Positions 1 to 7,090 of a stretch of 18,690 bases of DNA are shown here, piece after piece (position 1 is the stretch's first letter; every line of letters starts with the position of its first letter). The stretch lies in the NCBI GenBank assembly GCA_044866005.1, contig JBIOTN010000009.1, positions 1-18,690 on the forward strand, given 5' to 3'. The translations under genes and the position numbers were made by a program. Origin of the DNA: Candidatus Rokuibacteriota bacterium. GTDB taxonomy: Bacteria; Methylomirabilota; Methylomirabilia; Rokubacteriales; DASRDR01. A model generated the notes under the pieces. That model had not been told where the DNA came from, searched no databases, and saw only the letters and a program-made list of their open reading frames with translations.

Positions 1-3
1 GTC

Positions 4-1200
4 CTAGTCGCGGGGGCGGGCGGGCGGCGGGCCGGGCCGCGGGCGTCGCGCCGTCACCGGGGTGAGGGCGCGGTGATCGGGCACGTCGCCGGGGAGCAGG
101 GGGCGCTCCGGCAGCCGGTACTCGACCTCGCGGTATTCCCCGGCCCGGAAGACTGTCAGGCTGACCGCGTCGCCGACCTTCAGGCCGCGCATGACCTCGA
201 AGAGCCGCTCCGTCGAGTTCAGGCGCGTGCCGTTGACGCTGGTCACGATGTCGCCGCCGACCAGGTACTCCCGGCCATCGAACACCAGCTCGAGCCGTCC
301 CGCGCGCAGCCCCAGCTTTTCCGCGGGGCTGCCCGGCTCCACCACCTCCACGAGGAGCCCCTCGACGATCGGCATCCGCAGGAGGTCGCGGAGATCGTCG
401 CCGACGAGCTGGCCGTGGAAGCCGAGCCAGGGCCGGACCAGGTGGCCGCGGGCGAGGAGCGTGGGGATGGCCGCCTTGGCCACGTTGATCGGGATCGCGA
501 AGCCGATGTTCTGGGCGTCCGAGATGAGGGCGGTATTGATGCCGACCACGTCGCCGCACCGGTCGAGCAGGGGCCCGCCCGAGCTGCCCGGGTTGATGGG
601 CGCGTCGGTCTGGATCATCGGCTCCATGAGCGAGAACGGCGTGTCCGGCAGGATGCGGTTGATGGCGGACACGATCCCGCGGGTCAGCGACTGGTCGAGC
701 CCCAGCGGGTTGCCGATCGCCAGCACGTCGTCGCCGACGCGGAGGGTATCGGAGTCGCCGAGCCTCACCACGGGTAGCGTGCCGCCGGCGTCCTCCGGCA
801 GGCGGAGCAGCGCCAGGTCGAAGATCGGGTCGGCGCCCACCAGCTCCGCCGGCCAGGTCGTGCCGTCGTCCAGCGTCACGCCGATGGACTGGCGCGCATA
901 GACCACGTGCGAGCTGGTGAGGATGAGCCCGGAGGGCTGGAGGAGAAATCCCGAGCCGACGACGTGGGTCACGCGATCCGCGGTCCGGTAGGGATTGATC
1001 GAGGTCGCCGCGACGAAGACGACGGCGGGCGACACCCGGGTGAAGATCTCCGGCACGGGCTCCGTGCACCGCGCGCTCGCCCGCTCGGCCGCCAGGCCCG
1101 GTCGGACCGCGCTGCAGGAGCCCAGGGAGCCGAGGAGGACCAGGAGGGCGAGCAGGCCCGCCGCGCTCGGCCGAGTCGACCATCCCCCTCCGGTGGCCAT
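4..1200 (-). CDS. htrA: HtrA/DegP-family trypsin-like serine protease with one C-terminal PDZ domain, probable lipoprotein
   Basis: Motifs GSGF, ILTSSHVV (His), DLALL (Asp), AIGNPLGL, IQTDAPINPGSSGGPL (Ser) and IGFAIP. PDZ segment GLLVEVVEPGSPAEKLGL...GDIVTSVNG. Hydrophobic N-terminus ending LGSC. An AGGAGG RBS lies upstream on the minus strand. The symbol denotes family, not orthology. Confidence 0.93.
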   Translation of the reverse strand: MATGGGWSTRPSAAGLLALLVLLGSLGSCSAVRPGLAAERASARCTEPVPEIFTRVSPAVVFVAATSINPYRTADRVTHVVGSGFLLQPSGLILTSSHVVYARQSIGVTLDDGTTWPAELVGADPIFDLALLRLPEDAGGTLPVVRLGDSDTLRVGDDVLAIGNPLGLDQSLTRGIVSAINRILPDTPFSLMEPMIQTDAPINPGSSGGPLLDRCGDVVGINTALISDAQNIGFAIPINVAKAAIPTLLARGHLVRPWLGFHGQLVGDDLRDLLRMPIVEGLLVEVVEPGSPAEKLGLRAGRLELVFDGREYLVGGDIVTSVNGTRLNSTERLFEVMRGLKVGDAVSLTVFRAGEYREVEYRLPERPLLPGDVPDHRALTPVTARRPRPGPPPARPRD

Positions 1201-1206
1201 GGGCGA

Positions 1207-1214
1207 TCCTCCTC
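1207..1214 (-). promoter_or_regulatory. Shine-Dalgarno site of the HtrA-like gene
   Basis: The minus strand reads GAGGAGGA-tcgccc-ATG(1200). Confidence 0.8.
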
Positions 1215-1242
1215 ATTCCCCGCGAATGCGGCGACAAACTCC

Positions 1243-1272
1243 TTGACGAACCCGGGGGCCGGCAATCAGAAT
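1243..1272 (+). promoter_or_regulatory. Putative sigma70-type promoter (TTGACG-N18-CAGAAT) for the first KS module
   Basis: TTGACG at 1243-1248 and CAGAAT at 1267-1272 in the divergent intergenic gap. A near-copy occurs at 6920-6948. Confidence 0.55.
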
Positions 1273-1281
1273 ATACGCCCG

Positions 1282-2145
1282 ATGGCGCGACTGTGCCGCC
1301 TGCACGAGCGCGGTCGGGAGCCTCGCGGTCGCGCCGCGCGCCGGCTCGCGCGATCCCGCCCCGGCCGGGCTCCCGTCACCCTCCTGATGCTCGCGCTCCT
1401 GCTCTCCGCCTGCGCCGCCGGCCCGCCGGCGTCACCCGATCGGCCGCCGGCGGCCGGACCGACCGGCGGCGCCGCATTCGAGGTCGGGCGCGACACCTTC
1501 GCGTTCCCCAACCTCGTCCGCGCGCACCATCCCGAGCGGGACGTCGGCTTCGCGAACTACTGCATCATCATGGCGCGCGCCGTGAACCAGTTCTTCCGGT
1601 TCGCGCGCTTCGCGCCGGACGAGCCCGTGCTCCCGGCGGACGCCTACACGGCTCGCGTGCGCGAGCTCCTCGCCCTGAGCCCGCGGGCGGCCCCGCGGCC
1701 GGCGGCGGCGCGCATCGTGATCCCCGGCTATCCCGACCTCCACACCTTCTCCCGCGCCCAGGAGCCGGCCATCAAGGCCGCCTTCGGCTCGAGCCTGCTC
1801 AGCATGCTCCACTGGCGCACCTGGCGCGTGGCGCTGCCGCTGCCCCCGGGGCACCAGGGCCGGCTCGCGCGCGAGCTCCAGGCGGAGCTCGACGCCGGCC
1901 GGCCGGCGCCGCTCATGATCACGAACTTTCCCGATCCCGACGTCCTGAACCACGCCGTCCTCGTGTACGGGTACCGCGCGCGCGCGCCCGTCGTGGAGTT
2001 CCTCGCCTACGACCCGAACGATCCCGGCAGCCCGCTCGGCCTCCACTTCGAGGCGCGCACGGGCGCCTTCTGGGTCGAGGCGCTCCCCTACAGTCCGGCG
2101 GGACGCATTCGCGCCTTCCGGCTCTTCGCGTCCCCCCTCCTCTAG
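1282..2145 (+). CDS. Hypothetical lipoprotein with a papain/C39-like Cys-His-Asp motif set (alternative start 1387)
   Basis: Lipobox-like LLMLALLLSAC (Cys codon 1411). Motifs FEVGRDTFAFPN, NYCIIMA (Cys 1561), NHAVLVYGY (His 1951) and AYDPN (Asp 2011). Ends 6 nt before the KS start. The ORF-track start at 907 overlaps htrA and is not credible. Confidence 0.72.
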   Translation: MARLCRLHERGREPRGRAARRLARSRPGRAPVTLLMLALLLSACAAGPPASPDRPPAAGPTGGAAFEVGRDTFAFPNLVRAHHPERDVGFANYCIIMARAVNQFFRFARFAPDEPVLPADAYTARVRELLALSPRAAPRPAAARIVIPGYPDLHTFSRAQEPAIKAAFGSSLLSMLHWRTWRVALPLPPGHQGRLARELQAELDAGRPAPLMITNFPDPDVLNHAVLVYGYRARAPVVEFLAYDPNDPGSPLGLHFEARTGAFWVEALPYSPAGRIRAFRLFASPLL

Positions 2146-2151
2146 CCGCCG

Positions 2152-3339
2152 ATGGCGGTCGAGCCGATCGCCGTGACGGGCGCCGGGGTCGTCTGCCCGA
2201 TCGGGCAGGACCTCGACGCGTTCTGGGCCGGGCTCGTCGCCGGCGTGTCCGGGATCGGCGAGATCGAGCGCTTCCCGGTGCGCGACCTGCGCGTGACGCG
2301 TGGCGGCGAGGTGAAGAAGCTCCCGCCCGAGCACGGGCCCCGCATGCCGCCGTGCCGCGCCTCGCGCTTCCTCCGCCACGCGGCGCGGGAGGCGCTGGCC
2401 GGCGCGGGCTTCCAGGCGCCGCCAGCGGACCCCGGGCGCGTGGCCGTCGTCATCGGCACCGCGCTCGGGGGGATCGACGACGCCGCCCGGGCGCTCCGCG
2501 GCACGGGGGGCCTCCGCGGGCTCGTCGGCTCGCTCTACGACGGGCCGGCCTGGAACCTGGCCCGCTGGCTCGGCGCCGAGGGCCCGGTCCTCACGGTCTC
2601 GACCGCCTGCGCCTCCGGCGCGACAAGCGTCGGCGTGGCGGCGGACCTCCTCCGCGCCGGGCGGGCCGATGTCGCCCTGGCCGGGGGCGTGGACGTCCTC
2701 TGCCGGTTCGTCCAGCGCGGCTTCAACGTGCTGCGCTCGCTCACCCGGGACGAGGTGCGACCCTTCGACCGCCGCCGCAGCGGGATCCTCCTGGGCGAAG
2801 GGGCGGGGCTCGTGGTCCTGGAGCGGCCGGCCGCGGCCGCCGCACGGGGCCACCGCACGCCGCTCGGCTTCCTCCTCGGCCACGCGAGCATCGCCGACGG
2901 CACCCACATCACGGGCCCCGACCCGGAGGGGCGCGGGCTCGAGCTGGCGATCCGATCGGCGCTTGGCGAGGCGGGCGTCGAGCCGAGCGCGGTCGACTTC
3001 GTCAGTGCCCACGGGACCGGCACGGCCGTGAACGACCGCGTCGAGACCGACGTCCTCAAGCGCGTGCTCGGGCCGCGGGCCCGCGCTGTCCCCGTGAACT
3101 CCATCAAGGCCCACCTCGGCCACACCATGGGCGCCGCCGCGACGCTCGAGGCGATCATGGCCCTGCTGGCGGGCCGTCATGGGCAACTGCCGCCGACCCT
3201 CAACTACGGGGAGCCCGATCCGGACTGCGACCTGGACTGCGTTCCGAACGAGGCCCGGGCCCATCGCCCCCGGGTGATGCTCTCCACCTCCCTCGGCTTC
3301 GGCGGCTGTAATGCCGCCCTCGTGCTGGCGAGCGCATGA
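2152..3339 (+). CDS. Beta-ketoacyl-ACP synthase (FabF/type II KS-like), catalytically intact (KS1)
   Basis: IAVTGAGVVCPIG, STACASG (Cys 2608), RPFDRRRSGILLGEGAG, SAHGTGT (His 3010), KAHLGHTMGAA (His 3121) and SLGFGGCNA. Confidence 0.95.
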   Translation: MAVEPIAVTGAGVVCPIGQDLDAFWAGLVAGVSGIGEIERFPVRDLRVTRGGEVKKLPPEHGPRMPPCRASRFLRHAAREALAGAGFQAPPADPGRVAVVIGTALGGIDDAARALRGTGGLRGLVGSLYDGPAWNLARWLGAEGPVLTVSTACASGATSVGVAADLLRAGRADVALAGGVDVLCRFVQRGFNVLRSLTRDEVRPFDRRRSGILLGEGAGLVVLERPAAAAARGHRTPLGFLLGHASIADGTHITGPDPEGRGLELAIRSALGEAGVEPSAVDFVSAHGTGTAVNDRVETDVLKRVLGPRARAVPVNSIKAHLGHTMGAAATLEAIMALLAGRHGQLPPTLNYGEPDPDCDLDCVPNEARAHRPRVMLSTSLGFGGCNAALVLASA

Positions 3340-3364
3340 GGCCTCCCGGGTCGCTCCGCGTCCC

Positions 3365-4336
3365 ATGAGCGCCGGGCTCACCGCGCGAGCCGAGGGCGGC
3401 GTCCGGGCGGCCGAGCTGCCGGCGCCTCGCGTCCGCGGCGTCGGCCTGCTCACCGGCTGGGGCGAGGGGCTCGCGGCGCTCGCGGCGGCGCGCCCCGAGC
3501 CCGGCGCGGCGCTCGTCGCGGTTCCGACCCCGGTGCTCGGCGGCGAGCGCTTTCGCCGCGCCACCCGGGAATGTCTGCTCGGAGCGGCCGGGGTCCGGGC
3601 CGCGACACTCGACGCCGGGCTGCCCGCGGAGGCGCTGGCCGGGCCGCGCACCGGCCTCCTCTACGTCAGCGCGACCGCGTACGCCGGCGCGAACCGGAGC
3701 TTCCTCGAAGACGAGAGCTCGACGACGCTCCACTTTCCCTACACGGCGCCCAGCGCGCTGCCCGGCGAGGTGACGATCGAGTACGGCCTCCGGGGGCCGT
3801 ACGTGAACCTGATGGGCGGCGGTCCCGCCGCGCTGCACGCGCTCTGGTACGCCGCCGGCTGGCTGGCCGCCGGGGCCGCCGACCGCGTCCTGGTCCTGGC
3901 GGTGGAGGCCGTCCACGAGGTCCGCGATCTCTTCGCCCGCGCGCGCCGGCTCTACACCGCCCCGCTCGTGGAGGGCGCGGCCTGCCTCCTGCTCGAGCCG
4001 GGGGACGGCCGGCCGCTCCGCTGGGCCTCGGCCGCCGGTCCCGCCAGCCGCACGGCGACGCGCGTCGGCGACGTCCTCGACGCGGTCCTCGCGGACCGGA
4101 CGCCGCGCGTCGTGGCCGGCTGTCCGCCCGCCCTCGGCCCGGGACGGGCGGAGCGACGGGCGCTCGCGGCACGCGGGCTCGCCGCGGCCACCGCGGTCGG
4201 AGGCGGGATGGGCGATGCGCTGGCCTGTGCGCCGCTCATCGGGCTCATGCAGGCGCGCGCCGCCGGTGCCGACGGCGCGTGCCTGATCACGGCGGCGTGG
4301 CGGAACGACTACGGCGCGGTCCTCTGGCCGCTCTGA
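3365..4336 (+). CDS. Degenerate ketosynthase / chain-length-factor-like protein (CLF1)
   Basis: KS N-terminal-like segments VRGVGLLTGWG, RFRRATR, FPYTAPSALPGEVTIEYGLRGPYVNL and EGAACLLLE. There is no Cys at the active-site position (NLMGGGPAA) and no HGTGT. About 323 aa, lying between KS1 and the ACP. ATG at 3365. Confidence 0.8.
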   Translation: MSAGLTARAEGGVRAAELPAPRVRGVGLLTGWGEGLAALAAARPEPGAALVAVPTPVLGGERFRRATRECLLGAAGVRAATLDAGLPAEALAGPRTGLLYVSATAYAGANRSFLEDESSTTLHFPYTAPSALPGEVTIEYGLRGPYVNLMGGGPAALHALWYAAGWLAAGAADRVLVLAVEAVHEVRDLFARARRLYTAPLVEGAACLLLEPGDGRPLRWASAAGPASRTATRVGDVLDAVLADRTPRVVAGCPPALGPGRAERRALAARGLAAATAVGGGMGDALACAPLIGLMQARAAGADGACLITAAWRNDYGAVLWPL

Positions 4337-4345
4337 GGGAGGGCG

Positions 4346-4624
4346 ATGGACGAGTCGGCGATCCTCGACGAGCTACGCGACATCATCGTCAAGCGCTTGA
4401 AGTTCGACCCGAAGGTGGTCGCCCCGATCACCGGCGAGACGCCGCTGCCGAAGGGCCTCGAAGGGGCCCTCGGGCTCGACTCGCTGGACTTCATCGAGCT
4501 CTCGATCGCCCTCGAGGAGCGCTTCGGCGTGGTGGTGCAGGACGGCGAGCCCGTCGAGACCCACTTCGTCACGCTCGGGTCGCTCGCCCGCTTCGTCCGC
4601 GCCCGCCAGAGCGGCACGGCCTGA
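4346..4624 (+). CDS. Acyl carrier protein
   Basis: 92 aa and acidic. LGLDSLDFIEL phosphopantetheine-attachment motif (Ser codon 4481) and LEERFGV. GGGAGGG RBS just upstream. Confidence 0.95.
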   Translation: MDESAILDELRDIIVKRLKFDPKVVAPITGETPLPKGLEGALGLDSLDFIELSIALEERFGVVVQDGEPVETHFVTLGSLARFVRARQSGTA

Positions 4625-4634
4625 GGGCACGGCC

Positions 4635-4670
4635 GGCCGGCCGGGGCGCGGGCGCCGCGCTCGGCCGGCC
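4635..4670 (+). other. GC-rich stem-loop downstream of the ACP gene (no U-tract)
   Basis: GGCCGGCCGGGGCGCGG (4635-4651), loop GCG, CCGCGCTCGGCCGGCC (4655-4670). About 16 bp with one bulge and one G-U pair. Confidence 0.5.
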
Positions 4671-4700
4671 CGTGGTCCGGTGGCCGCTCGGGGGACCGCG

Positions 4701-4709
4701 TGGTAGGCT
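4701..4709 (+). promoter_or_regulatory. Possible extended -10 element (TGGTAGGCT)
   Basis: Fits TGnTAnnnT and ends 7 nt before the GTG at 4717, which lacks an obvious SD. Confidence 0.35.
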
Positions 4710-4716
4710 CGACGCC

Positions 4717-5631
4717 GTGAAGACGCCCCCGCCCGAGCCCACGGCCTCCGCGCCGAGCGTGCGGCCGCGGTGGCATTCCCACCCCTACAATCGCGCCGCC
4801 TCCTACCGCCTCGCGGCCCTCATGGCCTGGCTGCCGCGTCCGACCCGGCTGGCCCTCGCGCGAGGGCTCGGGCGACTCGCCGCGCGATTCCTGCCGGTCG
4901 AGCGGCGCGTGGTCCGGCAGACGCTCGAGCGCGTGACCGGCGCGACCGGCGCCCGCCTGGACGAGCTGACGCTCGGGGTCTTCCGTGACTTCGCGATGTG
5001 CTTCAGCGACCTGATCTCGACCAACCGGCGATCGCCCTCGCGGCTCACGGCCCACGCCGCGCCCGTGACCGTGGCGCCGTGGCTCACCCAGCTCGGCAGC
5101 GGCGTGATCTCCCTCACCGCCCACGTCGGCAACTGGGAGCTGGCCGGACGCCTCCTGGCCTGGCGCGCCGCCCGGCCGACCCACGTCGTCGTGACCGAGG
5201 ACGAGGCGCGCGAGCTCGAGCGCTGGGTGCGCCGGAACGGCGACGGCGTCGCGTTCGTGCCGCGCTCCCGCCCTACCGTCTCGCTCCAGCTCCTCGCGGC
5301 GATCCGGCGCGGCGACGTCGTGGCCCTGCAGGGCGACCGGGCGCTGGGCAACCGCGGGGACGTGGCCATGCCCTTCTTCGGCCGGCCGGCTCCCTTCCCC
5401 ATCGGGCCGTTCCGGCTCGCCCGGGCGTCGGGCGTTCCGATCGTGCCGGCGTTCTGTCTCCTCGACGCCGACTACCGCTACGCGGTGACGGTGGTCGAGC
5501 CGATCTCCGTCACGCCGGGCGGCGAGGAAGAGGCGCTGCGCGCGTGGGTCGCCCTGCTCGAGGACGTCGTGCGCCGGCACCCCACGCAGTGGTTCAACTT
5601 CTTCGATGTCTGGGACCCCTTCGCCCCTTGA
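4717..5631 (+). CDS. LpxL/HtrB-family (lipid A-type/lysophospholipid) acyltransferase
   Basis: SLTAHVGNWE (Hx4E), GDVVALQGDR, PFFGRPAPFPIGPFRLARASGVPIVP, and C-terminal RHPTQWFNFFDVW. GTG start inferred at 4717. Confidence 0.88.
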   Translation: MKTPPPEPTASAPSVRPRWHSHPYNRAASYRLAALMAWLPRPTRLALARGLGRLAARFLPVERRVVRQTLERVTGATGARLDELTLGVFRDFAMCFSDLISTNRRSPSRLTAHAAPVTVAPWLTQLGSGVISLTAHVGNWELAGRLLAWRAARPTHVVVTEDEARELERWVRRNGDGVAFVPRSRPTVSLQLLAAIRRGDVVALQGDRALGNRGDVAMPFFGRPAPFPIGPFRLARASGVPIVPAFCLLDADYRYAVTVVEPISVTPGGEEEALRAWVALLEDVVRRHPTQWFNFFDVWDPFAP

Positions 5632-6844
5632 CACCACGGCCGGCGTGGCGGAGATCGCCCGCGGCGACGCGGCGCGGCACGCCGCGGCGTTGGCGCGGCT
5701 GCTCCCGCCCGAGCTCGCGTCCTGGTTCGACGCCTCGTTCATCCGCTCCTCCATCCTCTACGACGAGTTCGTCCACCGGCTCGCCGCCGAGGTCTTCCGG
5801 CAGACCGACCTCCCGGCCGCGGCGCGCGAGCCGGGCAGCGCGGCGGAGCTCGCGGCCCGCGCCGGGCTCGACGTGGGCCGCGCGCTCGTCCCGCTCGACT
5901 GGATCCTGCGCTACCTGGCGGTGAGGGGGACGCTCGAGGAGGTGCGCGCCCACGACGGCGCGCGGCGCTTCCGGGCGCGCGGCCCGCTTCCCGTCCTCGA
6001 TCCGGGAGGCGTCCGGGAGGCGCAGCGGGCGCACGACCCGTCCTGGCTTCCCTCCTACGTGCTGGCGGAGACCGTGGCCCACGACTACCCGGCGTTCTTT
6101 CGCGGCGGGGCCACGGGGGAGCAGATCCTCTTCTCGCCGGCCCGCCTTCGCCTGTGGCTCGAGTACTTCTCCAACGACAACCGGCTCTACGCCGTGAACA
6201 ACCGGGTCGGCGCGATCGCCGTGGACGCATGGATGCCGCGCCGGACGGGAACGGTCCTCGAGCTCGGCGGGGGGCCCGGGAGCGCCGCCAGCGCCGTGCT
6301 CGAGCGGCTCACGGGATCGGGGCGGCTCGGCGAGCTCCGCGCGTACCGGTTCACCGAGCTGGTCCCGGCGTTCCTGCGGCGCGGGCAGTCGGTGCTCCAG
6401 TCCCGGTTCCCGGGGGCCCCCCTGGCCTTCGGCGGGCTCGACATGAACCTCGCCTTCGAGCCGCAAGGCGTGACCCCGGGGAGCCTGTCGGTGGTCTACG
6501 CGGTCAACACGCTCCACGTGGCCTACGACCTCGCCGCCACGCTCGCCGAGGTCTTCCGCGCGCTCGAGCCGGGCGGCCGCCTCATCATCTCGGAGTGCGT
6601 GCGCCCGCTGCCCGGCCAGGCCATCTACCCCGAGTTCGTCTTCAACCTCATGGCGGCGTTCCGGTCCCCGCGGCTCCATCCGGTCTACCGGCCGAACGGC
6701 GGCTTCCTGACGCCCGAGCAGTGGACGGCGGCGATGGAGACGGCGGGATTCGAGGAGGTGCGCTTCCTTCCCGAGGTCGTCCGGCGCCGCGATCGGCTGC
6801 CTACCTTCTTCGTCGCCGCCATCGGCGCGACACGCCCCGCGTGA
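5606..6844 (+). CDS. Class I SAM-dependent methyltransferase resembling an excised type I PKS C-methyltransferase domain (alternative GTG start 5645)
   Basis: YPAFFRGGATGEQILF, VLELGGGPGS (motif I), YRFTELVPAFL, LDMNLAFEPQGV, VVYAVNTLH (His 6515), LEPGGRLIISE (Glu 6593) and GFLTPEQW...AGF. Confidence 0.88.
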   Translation: MSGTPSPLDTTAGVAEIARGDAARHAAALARLLPPELASWFDASFIRSSILYDEFVHRLAAEVFRQTDLPAAAREPGSAAELAARAGLDVGRALVPLDWILRYLAVRGTLEEVRAHDGARRFRARGPLPVLDPGGVREAQRAHDPSWLPSYVLAETVAHDYPAFFRGGATGEQILFSPARLRLWLEYFSNDNRLYAVNNRVGAIAVDAWMPRRTGTVLELGGGPGSAASAVLERLTGSGRLGELRAYRFTELVPAFLRRGQSVLQSRFPGAPLAFGGLDMNLAFEPQGVTPGSLSVVYAVNTLHVAYDLAATLAEVFRALEPGGRLIISECVRPLPGQAIYPEFVFNLMAAFRSPRLHPVYRPNGGFLTPEQWTAAMETAGFEEVRFLPEVVRRRDRLPTFFVAAIGATRPA

Positions 6845-6919
6845 GCGCGCGGCGCCGGCTCGACCGCCGGCACCGCCCCGTGGCCGCGGCCCCGCCCGGT
6901 CCGAATCCCCGGGTCCGTA

Positions 6920-6948
6920 TTGACGAAACGGGAGCCGGCCCGCAGAAT
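6920..6948 (+). promoter_or_regulatory. Putative sigma70-type promoter (TTGACG-N17-CAGAAT) for the second KS module
   Basis: TTGACG at 6920-6925 and CAGAAT at 6943-6948 with a 17-nt spacer, inside the 246-nt gap between the methyltransferase and KS2. Near-copy of 1243-1272. Confidence 0.6.
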
Positions 6949-7090
6949 GAACCCGCCGACGCGGCGGCGCCGCCGCTCGACGTCGTGGCGTCGGGCGCGT
7001 GGGGCACGTGCGCGGGGGGAGGACGACCACCGGTGGGGAACGGCGAGTGCGCCGCGGGCGCGTAGGCTCGCGGGCCCGAGGCCCGGGCGG

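Noticed and set aside
3311..3364. Possible frameshift or fusion between KS1 and CLF1 (an ATG at 3336 overlaps the KS1 stop)
   Set aside because: ATG 3336 is not in the CLF1 frame. KS1 ends normally after GFGGCNAALVL, and an in-frame ATG exists at 3365.
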